A stretch of DNA of 64,000 nt from a virus: IMG/VR virus record IMGVR_UViG_3300049433_000139, positions 19,753 through 83,752 of that record. The stretch is one strand, 5' to 3'. The first letter of the stretch is position 1, and each line of letters begins with the position of its first letter. A program made the position numbers and the translations under genes. Below, piece after piece: positions 47,749-57,208 of this stretch. Under the pieces are notes generated by a model. The model had not been told where the DNA came from and did no database searches. It was given only the letters and a program-made list of their open reading frames with translations.

Positions 47749-47894
47749 CGCCCCGCCTTCTCTACGAATCCCTCGCCCCGTTTGGTCCCGTATGGAGCGC
47801 GCTTGCCGCCGGGTTCGCGGCGGTGGGGCCGTGGGGACAGTTGTATCTTACTGATGCGGGGGAAAAATATTTGCGTGAGAGGGGCGGGACGTGA
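47745..47894 (+). CDS. Small hypothetical protein
   Basis: GTGA overlaps at both ends. Confidence 0.55.
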
Positions 47895-48406
47895 CAGAGC
47901 AGGAACAGTTCATTGCCGATATGGCGGCAACAGTACCCATGATCAAAGCAACCGGACGCCAGCGAGAAATCTATACAGCGTCGCTACGTTACGCCGTGTC
48001 GCATGCCCTGGTGAAAGCGAATCGCCGTGGCACATCGCTTAGTTTCCAGAAGCGTGTTCTCAATTGGCTGATGGCCTGTTTTTCGCAGCAAATTTGCCGC
48101 GACACGACCGAGCGCAATCACCGCTTCTTAGAGGAAGCGCTGGAACTGGTGCAGTCGACCGGCTGCAGCCGTAGCGAAGCGCATCAACTAGTCGACTACG
48201 TGTTTGACCGTCCCGTCGGAGAAACTTTCCAAGAAGTCGGCGGCGTGGCGATTACGTTTTCGGCGCTCTGCTCGTGCCTGGACATTGACCAGGATGCAGC
48301 GGGCGAAGCAGAACTGGCGCGCATCAGCACACCCGCGACCATGGACAAGATTCGCGCCAAGCAAGCCGCGAAGCCGAAGCACTCGCCACTACCCGAGGCT
48401 GTGTGA
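47891..48406 (+). CDS. MazG-like all-alpha NTP pyrophosphatase family protein
   Basis: RFLEEALELVQ...QEVGGV acidic helical pattern. Confidence 0.55.
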   Translation: MTEQEQFIADMAATVPMIKATGRQREIYTASLRYAVSHALVKANRRGTSLSFQKRVLNWLMACFSQQICRDTTERNHRFLEEALELVQSTGCSRSEAHQLVDYVFDRPVGETFQEVGGVAITFSALCSCLDIDQDAAGEAELARISTPATMDKIRAKQAAKPKHSPLPEAV

Positions 48407-48675
48407 TGGCCGCCGGACTGCAACGGGCCTTTGCCGCGGCGGCCGAAACCCGCCTCACGCAAGCACAAGCCGACGCCCTCAAGTGGCTGCGCGCCCATAA
48501 CGAGACGGGTGTATTCAATAAAAACGGCGTGCTGCTCGCGGCCGGCGAACTCGCGCCATTCATGCGGAGCACATGGAACGCTCTCGCCAAGGCGGGGCTT
48601 GTGGATATCTGGAGGCCGGGGACGCGTGGACCGAAGCGCGTGGCCGTGACCGCGCCAGCATTGGGGCGGAAATGA
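48406..48675 (+). CDS. Hypothetical protein
   Basis: Coupled ORF. Confidence 0.55.
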   Translation: MAAGLQRAFAAAAETRLTQAQADALKWLRAHNETGVFNKNGVLLAAGELAPFMRSTWNALAKAGLVDIWRPGTRGPKRVAVTAPALGRK

Positions 48676-49001
48676 CGCTCTATCCCTCCGAGTCAGAATT
48701 GGCCGTCCTGGTCCTCGGTAAACGCGCCAAAGATTGGCCCGCCAAGGCGCAGTACTTAGAGGACAAGCACGGGTTGCCCCGCGTCGACGAACTCATGGGC
48801 GGCCGGTATTGGCCCGCCGTGGAGGCTTATTTTAGTGTGCGGCACGGCGTTGTGGCACTTGACGGGTCGCCTTTAATGGTCCCCAAAATGAGCAGCCGGG
48901 TTCGCGTAGTTCCGTTCAAGCCGGACGGAAAGGACAACTTGCATGGCCAGGAAGCACCTACCGCTTTTGATCGGCGGCATTCAAGTCGAAATAACCGCTA
49001 A
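48672..49001 (+). CDS. Putative excisionase-like winged-helix protein
   Basis: GLPRVDELMGGRYWPAVEAYF; immediately upstream of the integrase. Confidence 0.55.
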   Translation: MTLYPSESELAVLVLGKRAKDWPAKAQYLEDKHGLPRVDELMGGRYWPAVEAYFSVRHGVVALDGSPLMVPKMSSRVRVVPFKPDGKDNLHGQEAPTAFDRRHSSRNNR

Positions 49002-50226
49002 CGGTTTCCGGTTAATTGACCGCGGAGCCGGGCGCGAAGCGTATTGGTACGCCGCGAAGCGAGCTGTCAAAAAAGGCTACTTTCCCAAAACCGTCCGCCT
49101 TCACGGCGACCTGACTTCGTTCAAAGACGTGCAAGCCATGTTTCAGCGTTGCAACGTCCTTTGGTCCGAGATGACGGATTGGATGGCGACCGGCGAGAGT
49201 GACCGGCGCCCGGTTTATGACGGTACAGTCGGCTCCCTCATTCGCTGCTATCAGACGGACCCCGAGTCCACTTACCACGACCTGCGGTTCAACACGCAGC
49301 GGGGCTATAATTCATGGTTCACGGCGTTGGGCGAAGTGGCAGGGTCGAGGCGTATTTCCGCGCTCGCCGGCACGGACCTGCGCGGCTGGTATCGCGAAGT
49401 GCGGAAGCCTCGCAAATCTGGCTCGCCAAGGGAGCGATTGGCCAAGGCCATTATTCAGGCAATGCGAATCGTGCTCGCCTACGGCCGCGAATTGGGGCTG
49501 GAGGATTGTATCGCGCTTTCCGCCATGATCGAGGGCATGGAATTCCGTAAAGAGAACGACGAAAAGCGGTCGCTACCCAAACGAAATAAAGTGGTCATGA
49601 CTTACGGCCAAGCTGAGGCGATCGTGCGCGAGGGACTGGCAAGAGGGACGCACCGCGGCCGTTCGGTCGCGCTGTCCGTGGCTGCGCAGTTCGAATTCAC
49701 CATTAGTCAGATTGACGCCATTGGCTATTGGATGCCTGTGCGGGGCGTGGCGGTCCACCCCGGCGACGTGGTGCGCGCCGGCAAAGTTTGGCGCCCCGGC
49801 CTGCGGTTCGAGGACTTCGAATCGGGCATCCTGGACTTGGCCCGGCTCAAGACGGGGCGGACCGCGCAGTTCGACGTCGCCGAGTACCCGCTTTTCCAGT
49901 TGGCCTTAAGCAGCGTCCCACCCGACGCGCGGCACGGACCATTGGTCACGGATGACGACGGGGATCCGGTGCGCTACCGGGTGTTCTATGGCATGTACAG
50001 AGACGTTGCGGACGCCGCTGGCGTGCCCAAGGATGTTTGGAACGCCAGAGCGCGGCACGGCGGCGGGACCGAAGCACGGGCCTCCGGGGCGTCGATTGAG
50101 GACACCACAGACCACATGCAGAAGTCGGACATGGAAGGCACCCGCCGGGACTACATCGGCGGGAACGTGGAGACGACGCGGCGGGTGGCGCGTTCGAGGG
50201 TGGCGGGCAGAAAGGCGGCGGGGTAG
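48943..50226 (+). CDS. int: Tyrosine recombinase (integrase)
   Basis: 427 aa beside att; LKTG, VWNARARHGGGTEA and TRRDY; divergent catalytic boxes. Confidence 0.85.
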   Translation: MARKHLPLLIGGIQVEITANGFRLIDRGAGREAYWYAAKRAVKKGYFPKTVRLHGDLTSFKDVQAMFQRCNVLWSEMTDWMATGESDRRPVYDGTVGSLIRCYQTDPESTYHDLRFNTQRGYNSWFTALGEVAGSRRISALAGTDLRGWYREVRKPRKSGSPRERLAKAIIQAMRIVLAYGRELGLEDCIALSAMIEGMEFRKENDEKRSLPKRNKVVMTYGQAEAIVREGLARGTHRGRSVALSVAAQFEFTISQIDAIGYWMPVRGVAVHPGDVVRAGKVWRPGLRFEDFESGILDLARLKTGRTAQFDVAEYPLFQLALSSVPPDARHGPLVTDDDGDPVRYRVFYGMYRDVADAAGVPKDVWNARARHGGGTEARASGASIEDTTDHMQKSDMEGTRRDYIGGNVETTRRVARSRVAGRKAAG

Positions 50227-50238
50227 GGCGTTATTTGG

Positions 50239-50475
50239 TCACGAACGCCGACGCCGAGGCGGCCTGAATTTCCTTGGTGGTGATGTGATTGCCTCCAGTA
50301 CCGACATGGGTTGGCCGGCGTCGCCCAACTGCGCTGGCGACAAGCCCTCATCCGCAATTTTGTAGCCCGCGAGGAAGGCGCGATAGAGCTGTTGGTACTT
50401 CACGCCGTCCTTATGTCGCTTCCATAGCGGCCAAGCCTCATCAAGGTGGTCATGAAATGCGTCCTTAAGGCTCAT
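50239..50475 (-). CDS. Small hypothetical protein between int and att
   Basis: RBS GGAG; own TTGACT-N16-TAGGGT promoter at 50504-50531. Confidence 0.6.
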   Translation of the reverse strand: MSLKDAFHDHLDEAWPLWKRHKDGVKYQQLYRAFLAGYKIADEGLSPAQLGDAGQPMSVLEAITSPPRKFRPPRRRRS

Positions 50476-50592
50476 GGTCCGCGCTCCCAATTACTTACGC
50501 CGCACCCTATCCGACCCATGGCAAAAGTCAACCGAAATGGTGTAAGTCAACACAATTGCTTACGAACCCCTTTAGAATCAACGCCTCGTATA

Positions 50593-50649
50593 TGACTGTA
50601 AATCAGCCGTCTTATGACTTCGAAGGTTCGAGTCCTTCTTCCCCCACCA
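50593..50649 (+). tRNA. 3' portion of tRNA-Tyr(GTA) = att core (not an intact tRNA)
   Basis: TGA-CTGTAAA-TCA anticodon arm, long variable arm, GAAGGTTCGAGTCCTTC T arm, CCA end; D arm and 5' acceptor strand absent. Confidence 0.92.
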
Positions 50650-50806
50650 GCTTTGCTCGCGAAGCGAGCGAAGCTGCCACGCCGAAGCCCATCCGGCGAA
50701 GGCGGGCTGTGTACGCGAGCTACGGCTCGGGAGCTATCCTGCTTTCGCCCTGACGGGCTACGCGTGGCGCAGCAACCGCTTCTCGCTCGCCGCCTTCGAA
50801 GGCGAG
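50650..50806. repeat. Cluster of short GC-rich palindromes (REP-like)
   Basis: GCTCGCGAAGCGAGC, GCCCTGACGGGC, CTCGCC...GGCGAG hairpins. Confidence 0.5.
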
Positions 50807-51087
50807 TTCTCCGGCAACGTCACCAGCTATACCGGCAAGGGCGCCGCACGATATTCTTGGTGAGCGGTGCCGGCTCTTGCGGTGGCCGCGTGCAGGCCGT
50901 GGCCAAAGATCAACGCGAACGCCGTGTAAGCGGCGATTTTCGGCGGCAAGCCCGGCTGAACAGACTGCCGGACAGCGGTTCCACCGCCGCTCGGCCCTTT
51001 CGCAGCACATTTTCTTCTTTCATTGGCACGAATTCCACTTAAGATAGAGAGCATTAGGTTTGCGTAATTATTATTAAAGGTTTGCCG

Positions 51088-53772
51088 ATGCCCGAATTAG
51101 TTCAGAAGGGCAGTATAGCGGACGGACACCTTCTTTCGTCAGCACTGCCGTGCCTGCTTGTAGATGGCGACGGCATTGTTGTGAACGCGAGTCCGGCCGC
51201 TGAACGCCTTTGTGTCTCGCTCGCCAACCGGCCTCTGGCTGAGGCATTCGGTATATCCCGCGAAGCTTTGGCAGAGCACCTCGCAAGCCAGGGAAAACGT
51301 GTGCTTGTGGGCGAAAGCGTCGATATCAACGAGCACACCAACCATGTCGTCGCGCAGGCCGTCCAAATGCCTGAACGCTCGGGGACACTGGTCGTACTGA
51401 CCGACCTGCAGCCGTCGCGCCGCGCCGAAGAACAGCGCTTCGACGTAACACCCTATCCGGTTCTGCGGCTGTCATTTGACGGGCACATTGTTTTCACCAA
51501 CGAAGCAGCGCAACGCCAGCTTGGCGCAAACCTGATTGGCCGCCGGTTGTCGGACATTTTCCCCGAGACGGCGCGAGCCGAATTAATTCGCGAGTTTGCG
51601 ACCGACCCTCGTGAAAGCTCGGAGTACGACCTGCCGGCGCCGGATGCATTGCAAAGTTCCGAGGGCGCAACGGAGGTCCGGCTGTTTCTGATGCCCGACC
51701 TCGGTCCCGGAGACTACATCATCGGACGCATTGCCGTAGTGTCGTGGAATCCGTACGAAAAATACCGCGATGCCATCAGCACGGCGGTTAATCTGGGTGG
51801 CGGATGGGAACGCGCGTTTCGCGCGATGCTGGATGCGCTTCGCGTGGCAGTGCCCCATGATCGCGCCATCTTCGGCGTGTTCGCTGAAGACGGCACGCGC
51901 TTCCGCGTCACGCTTGTCCATCCTCAGCCCGAAGTGCCATGGCCTCGCCGTTGGGTTAACGTTCCGCCCGATCGCGCGGCTAGAGTCGCCAAAGGACCAT
52001 ACATCGACAACAACTGGGATGAAACGATCAAAGCGTACCCCAAGCTTCTTGACGATCCCACGGTTAAACGCAACATCGAGGACGGGATCGTTGGAATGCT
52101 TGTGCTGCCGATAGGTGGGCAAGGTATCCCGGACGGAGTTCTGACGTTTGCAAGCCGCAGCAAGGCCGCTTTCGACGATCAGGCACTACCCTTGCTGGGC
52201 TCGTTGCGCGTGGAATCCTATGTGGCCACGCTACTGCGCATGGCCGAGCGCGAGGACATTGCGGCGGTGGGGCGAATTGGCGATGCAATCGTCAAGGCAC
52301 AAAATATTCCTGACGCCGCCGATTTGCTGCTGAAAGACCTGGTGACCCATTTCAAGTGGGATCATGCGGCCCTGTTTTTTGCCGACGTTGCCTACAAGCG
52401 TACGGTGCTGGCGCGCCAATATCCCAATTTGAGCAAGTCCGGTGCTATGGATGAATTGGCAGTGGTGCCGGGATACTGGCAGCCACTGGATCGGGATCGC
52501 CCTGAGGAATCCGGAATGCTCGGGGCGGCTTTTTTTGCCGGCGAACCGCTGGTGGTCGAGGATACCGAAGCCCGCGGCCCTGACGGCAAACCCCTGTTCC
52601 ACTATCGGACCGCGGAGGGTTCCAAACAGCGGCGCTCGGCGATGACGGTGCCGATCCGGGTGAATCGCGAGATTCGTTGGTTGCTCGATATCGAATCTCT
52701 GACCACCCATGCTTTCGGCAACGACGACAAACGGATGGTCGAAAGAATTGTCCGCCGTCTCGAGCAGCGGATGGCTCTGCTGACCGAGCGGGTTTTGAGC
52801 GTGGCGCTGCTCAATACGATCGAGCAGGGCACGATCATGACGGACCGCGGGGGCCGCATTCTGCGCGCGAACCGAAGGGCCAGGGAATTACTCCGCCTGA
52901 ATGGCGAGTGGGCCGATTGGGGCAAGATTGAGCGTTACGGCGCGGATGAGCAGAGCCGGAACGTCCTCGCCAGCCACGCGATCGTGGAACGGCAACCGCT
53001 TCGAATTTGCGGCGAAGAAGGTGGCGTAGGGAACGCGGTCCTGGCCTCCCGGCGGGATTTGGATTTGGATACCGGCGACTCGTTCTGGCTTTTCACCGAT
53101 CTGCGCGTCGATGAGTGGCACCACGATTCTCATTTTATCGAAAGCACAATTCGGGAGGTTGCGGATCAAGCCCGCGGGCCTCTGATGTTGGCAGTTTCAT
53201 TCGTCAAGCGGATCGCGGAGGGCGCTCTTAGCAGCGATCTGGCGTCGCGCGCCGTTGCGGAACTCGGAAAGGCGAGTCTGACCTACAAGCGAATCGCCGA
53301 TTCTGTCGAAGCTCGCAAGGATCCAATAAGAACGCGGCGGTCACTGCAGCTGGATTCGTTGCTGCGCGATTTGCACAAAGCACTGCCGAAATGGGATGCG
53401 GGCCAGATCGACCTGTTCTTGCCGCGCAGCCACTTGTGTGTGTCGGGTGACGGGGCCCGCGTCGAGTTGGCGCTTCGCCTGATCGTGGCGTTTTTTCTGG
53501 GCCGCCTTCATCATACCGCGGCTCACGATAAAATAATCGATCTTGCGTTGCGCCAACGGCACGGAATGGCGGTCATCAAGCTATCGCTCAGGGAAGCTGA
53601 AAAGCCCGGCGCCCGCCTGCAGAAATTGCGTTTGCAAGTGGGAGCACCGTTGGAGACGGCCTCCATCATCGTGACCGCGCATGGTGGACAAATTTACGGG
53701 GCAGGTTTGGATTCAGGCTCGCCCCAAATGGAAGTCCGCCTGCCATTGCAAGAGGCCGACCATGCCGGATAA
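51088..53772 (+). CDS. PAS-PAS-GAF-GAF-PAS sensor with degenerate histidine-kinase core
   Basis: PAS (DGDGIVVNASPAAERL) and GAF (AMTVPIRVNREIRWLLDIES...F) patterns; H-box reads EVADQARGPL; N and G boxes eroded; AHGGQI retained. Confidence 0.8.
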   Translation: MPELVQKGSIADGHLLSSALPCLLVDGDGIVVNASPAAERLCVSLANRPLAEAFGISREALAEHLASQGKRVLVGESVDINEHTNHVVAQAVQMPERSGTLVVLTDLQPSRRAEEQRFDVTPYPVLRLSFDGHIVFTNEAAQRQLGANLIGRRLSDIFPETARAELIREFATDPRESSEYDLPAPDALQSSEGATEVRLFLMPDLGPGDYIIGRIAVVSWNPYEKYRDAISTAVNLGGGWERAFRAMLDALRVAVPHDRAIFGVFAEDGTRFRVTLVHPQPEVPWPRRWVNVPPDRAARVAKGPYIDNNWDETIKAYPKLLDDPTVKRNIEDGIVGMLVLPIGGQGIPDGVLTFASRSKAAFDDQALPLLGSLRVESYVATLLRMAEREDIAAVGRIGDAIVKAQNIPDAADLLLKDLVTHFKWDHAALFFADVAYKRTVLARQYPNLSKSGAMDELAVVPGYWQPLDRDRPEESGMLGAAFFAGEPLVVEDTEARGPDGKPLFHYRTAEGSKQRRSAMTVPIRVNREIRWLLDIESLTTHAFGNDDKRMVERIVRRLEQRMALLTERVLSVALLNTIEQGTIMTDRGGRILRANRRARELLRLNGEWADWGKIERYGADEQSRNVLASHAIVERQPLRICGEEGGVGNAVLASRRDLDLDTGDSFWLFTDLRVDEWHHDSHFIESTIREVADQARGPLMLAVSFVKRIAEGALSSDLASRAVAELGKASLTYKRIADSVEARKDPIRTRRSLQLDSLLRDLHKALPKWDAGQIDLFLPRSHLCVSGDGARVELALRLIVAFFLGRLHHTAAHDKIIDLALRQRHGMAVIKLSLREAEKPGARLQKLRLQVGAPLETASIIVTAHGGQIYGAGLDSGSPQMEVRLPLQEADHAG

Positions 53773-55270
53773 CCAGGAAATCCGTGTCATTAGCGCAAAT
53801 GACATTGTTCAGGATGTGTTGCAGAGCGAGATCGATCGCCTGGGCCCCCGATTGCCTCTGGTCAATCCGCGCATTACACGGTCATCAAGCTTGAAACATG
53901 CCCGTGACCAGATCGGAAAAGTTCAGCCGACGCTGGTAGTGCTGGATCCGGAAACGCCATCGAAGGATGGAACGCAGTCTTCGCGCGATATGCCCTCCGC
54001 CTTGATCGACGGAATTGGCGCGAAGGCGCCCATTCTCGTTGCTTTGACCCATTCCGAACAAGGTTGGGCGCAAGAAACGATTCGTCGTCCCGGCCTTTTA
54101 GTCTGGAACTGGGAGAATCAAAACAATGAGAACAACAAAAACGATAGCTGTACACTAGAACGCCTCCTGCCTTTGATTCTCAAGCCATCGCAAAAGCGCA
54201 AACTTCGAGCTGTCATTCGGCTCGGCTTGCGTCAGCCGACGTGCGACATCGATGTCGGAGATGCAGCTCTATTCCGCGATCTGCCGCTGGACGTCGAAGA
54301 TCTCTACAGGCGTGATTGGCGAACCGAAACCCAGCAGGTGCAGGGTCTGTTCGATGCTGACAATCGGATAACATCGTGGACATTTCTGGCGATGACAGGA
54401 AAGACGCTGTTCACCGCGATTTTTGACAAGCTTGGCGCGGCCTTGGTGCATGCACGCAACAATGGCACCACACTGGATTTGCGGTTTGAAATCGACCGGG
54501 ATGAAGTTGACCAACTGTTCTCAATGCCAGTCGAACTTCTCAACATCGAGGCAAATTGGGAGGGCTTCTTCTGCAGGACAACGGCCATGGCGCGGCGGGT
54601 GACGTCGCGTTCGGCCCATGAACGCCGGGAACCCTCGGAGCAGCCTGTTTTGCTATTTGTGGATGCGTCGGCGACACGAGGAGCCATGGATGTGGTCAAC
54701 AAAGAGGGCGAAGTTGAAAGCCGATCCTTCCGGGATTTGTCCGGTGCCGTGGCTGCCGAGCAGAAGGAACTTGAAGGGCTTGCGGCGTACTGCCGGCTCG
54801 AGGTTCTGAAGCCCAGGGAGGGGACCAGCTTGCAAGACGCCTTGCAGGATCGGCTGTCCGACACCTCCAAGCCGCCCCCGGAGATAATCCATTTTACCGG
54901 ACACGCTATTTCGCCGGAGTTCGGCAGCACCGAACTTATATTGCCGAGCGCCCGTCTGGGTGCGGTCGACCGGCTTCCGGTTGAGGTTTTCGCAGGTTGG
55001 CTCCCTGCGCAGGTGCAATTGGTTGTCCTGTCCGCCTGTCAGGGAGTTTCTGCGGATACGGCCCGGCGGCTGCACGCCGCCAAGGACATCGCTGTACTCG
55101 GTTTCCGGTGGGAGGTTCAGGCGGGAGCGGCGGCCGAGTTTGTCATCAACTTTTATAAAGCACGCCTGAAGCAGCGGGAGTCTATTGCTAACGCATATAA
55201 GACTGCTTGTTTAAAGGGTAACACCGCCAATTCCGCCTGGGCTGCCGCCGTGTTGCACGACCATGACTGA
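53762..55270 (+). CDS. Receiver-like domain + CHAT (caspase-like) protease
   Basis: PTLVVLD receiver-like strand; IIHFTGHA and LVVLSACQG His/Cys dyad; LGFRWEV...AAEF...FY. Confidence 0.85.
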   Translation: MPDNQEIRVISANDIVQDVLQSEIDRLGPRLPLVNPRITRSSSLKHARDQIGKVQPTLVVLDPETPSKDGTQSSRDMPSALIDGIGAKAPILVALTHSEQGWAQETIRRPGLLVWNWENQNNENNKNDSCTLERLLPLILKPSQKRKLRAVIRLGLRQPTCDIDVGDAALFRDLPLDVEDLYRRDWRTETQQVQGLFDADNRITSWTFLAMTGKTLFTAIFDKLGAALVHARNNGTTLDLRFEIDRDEVDQLFSMPVELLNIEANWEGFFCRTTAMARRVTSRSAHERREPSEQPVLLFVDASATRGAMDVVNKEGEVESRSFRDLSGAVAAEQKELEGLAAYCRLEVLKPREGTSLQDALQDRLSDTSKPPPEIIHFTGHAISPEFGSTELILPSARLGAVDRLPVEVFAGWLPAQVQLVVLSACQGVSADTARRLHAAKDIAVLGFRWEVQAGAAAEFVINFYKARLKQRESIANAYKTACLKGNTANSAWAAAVLHDHD

Positions 55271-55282
55271 CGGAGAAACGAC

Positions 55283-56572
55283 ATGTGGACTGCCCTTAAT
55301 CCGGTAATCGAGTTCCTGGGAGCCGGAGTCCACGGTCGCAGTAATCTGCGTCAAATCTACACGCCGGTCGTCTCGGACGCTCGTGAACCGGGGCTGGGTG
55401 GAGATCAGTTCGTTGCAGGCAAGACTTATTTCAGCGTGCGTTTGATTGAGCTCCGGCTGGCGACGGCTGGACGCTATCTCACCGAATTCCTGCCGATGTG
55501 CACCTGCGTCCTGAGCTTCCAGCAGGGAGCCGACAAGCGAACGATCCCCTTTATCGCCGGGGCGGACATGATCCGCGGACTGGTGGGGCAGAATGCACCA
55601 GCGGACGCTGCCAAGCGGATCGCCTTTGCAAATCTCGCCGCCGCTACAAACGTGCCGGTGCCGGGCGGCGATGTGACGATGTACCTGTCGCTGTGCCGGT
55701 TCAAGGACAGCAGTCTGGTGCGCGGACTGCTCGACCTCGCGACGAAAACCGTCACTGCGGTTGGCGGTCCGGTTGCCGGTCCGATGGCGAAGGCGGCAAA
55801 CGATTTTGTCGGCGGATTGATGAATATCTTCTCGATGGACGGGGTGGAAACCCGGTTTGGACGTCTCGATGGAAAAGCGCTCGGCACCAGCGGCTATCGT
55901 CTGCTGGCCGGATCCGCGGACCCTTCGCTGAACCCTCAGGAGTTGCGCGTGCAGGACGGCCAGCTCATGCGCCGCGTCGAGGGCAAGGATGTCCCGATCG
56001 ACGACGTCGACTACCTTGTGATCGCGTTCGAGCACCGGTCGACGCTGATCGACGTCACCTTCTCTCTGGTAGAGGCGCTGCCTTTTCACGCGCACTGGCG
56101 CGCCGTCATGGACAAGATCGTACGCGCCAGAGGCGCTCCTGCCGCCGCCGACGCCGAGATGATCGAACTTCGCGCTGCCGTGCTGATGTCGCCGGAACTG
56201 ACGGAAATGGACCGGCTGCCGTTGCTTCAACTCTACGACGTAAAGCGGGAGCAAATGGAGGCGCAGTTCAACCCGAACAAGGAAAAGAAAAGCGGCGGCG
56301 CAGGCTTGCAGGCTGTGCTCGAGCGTCGCGTGCAAATCGAAACCAAATCCGGCGGGATCGCGGCATCCCTACTCGGCACGGCGACCAAGGCGATGACGAA
56401 TGTGCTCACCGGAGAGGATGGTGTTAAAGCGGGCGAAAAGCCTGACGGCAGAAACATGGTGTCAACGTTCAAGGAAATCCTGCAAGGACAGAGCGAGCAG
56501 ATCGCCGCGGCGAGTCGTGAAGAACTCGCCGAGACAGCGCGCGCCTATGTCGCGGCCGCTGCGCGGAGGTAG
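55283..56572 (+). CDS. Hypothetical protein, third gene of the CHAT operon
   Basis: 429 aa; RBS GGAG; starts 12 nt after the CHAT stop. Confidence 0.8.
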   Translation: MWTALNPVIEFLGAGVHGRSNLRQIYTPVVSDAREPGLGGDQFVAGKTYFSVRLIELRLATAGRYLTEFLPMCTCVLSFQQGADKRTIPFIAGADMIRGLVGQNAPADAAKRIAFANLAAATNVPVPGGDVTMYLSLCRFKDSSLVRGLLDLATKTVTAVGGPVAGPMAKAANDFVGGLMNIFSMDGVETRFGRLDGKALGTSGYRLLAGSADPSLNPQELRVQDGQLMRRVEGKDVPIDDVDYLVIAFEHRSTLIDVTFSLVEALPFHAHWRAVMDKIVRARGAPAAADAEMIELRAAVLMSPELTEMDRLPLLQLYDVKREQMEAQFNPNKEKKSGGAGLQAVLERRVQIETKSGGIAASLLGTATKAMTNVLTGEDGVKAGEKPDGRNMVSTFKEILQGQSEQIAAASREELAETARAYVAAAARR

Positions 56573-56607
56573 GGCACAACAACAAAAGACGCAGGATTGC
56601 TCCCGGT

Positions 56608-56892
56608 TCAAATCACGGGAATCATGGGCCCATAATAGGCGCCCCAGTGGCCCCACACATCGCGGCTCCCGTAGCCGCGGAATTCGCCACGCAAACCGCC
56701 GGCGCAGTTGCCGTAACCATCGTAACCGTGACCGCAAGTGCCACCGAAGCCGCCGCCAAGGTTATTGCCGCGAGAATCAACAGCTCCGCCACCGGCGCCA
56801 TAATCGCCGCCGCTGGCAAATGCGCCGGCGGATAGAGTGGAACTTCCGAGAACAAGGAGAATTGCAAGAATAATTGTAGCGCTGCGCAACAT
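56608..56892 (-). CDS. Small Gly-rich secreted protein
   Basis: Signal peptide; GGGFGG; DVWGHWGAYYGPM. Confidence 0.65.
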   Translation of the reverse strand: MLRSATIILAILLVLGSSTLSAGAFASGGDYGAGGGAVDSRGNNLGGGFGGTCGHGYDGYGNCAGGLRGEFRGYGSRDVWGHWGAYYGPMIPVI

Positions 56893-57208
56893 TGACGACT
56901 CTTTGAGATGCTTCCCGCATCCGCCTCGCTTCAGGACTATTGTCGACGTGCTGCCCGCACGCGAGCTTCTGGCCGGCCTGCGGAAGATCTATCAACGTGC
57001 ACCTGCAATCGCTTGCCCGATATTGCTGTTCGCGCATCGGTGCGGTTCGGCCGAGCGAAGGCGCCGTTCCGGCTAAATTACTATTTAATTGAAAACATCG
57101 AGGCCGGAAAAGATTTGCAGGTATCGGTTGGGGGCACGCAGCTCAGACAGCATTGTCCTGTGCTTGCGGTTGAAAGCCGCCCGACCAATGATCAACGAGG
57201 TCACCGAT

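Larger units (their letters stand above)
1..50649. mobile_element. Siphovirus-like prophage integrated at tRNA-Tyr (left end lies outside the window)
   Basis: Contiguous tail/head/terminase, replication and integrase genes, ending at a tRNA-Tyr 3' fragment at 50593-50649. Confidence 0.95.

Noticed and set aside
50560-50649. Intact tRNA-Tyr gene
   Set aside because: The 5' acceptor strand and D arm are missing; this is the att duplication
1-50649. Gene transfer agent, or a diversity-generating retroelement/retron
   Set aside because: Full replication module, integrase and att indicate a true prophage; no reverse transcriptase ORF was recognised
57106-57130. EcfG-type general-stress promoter upstream of dps (GGAAA-N16-GTT)
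   Set aside because: Imperfect short match that could arise by chance; not supportable without TSS data
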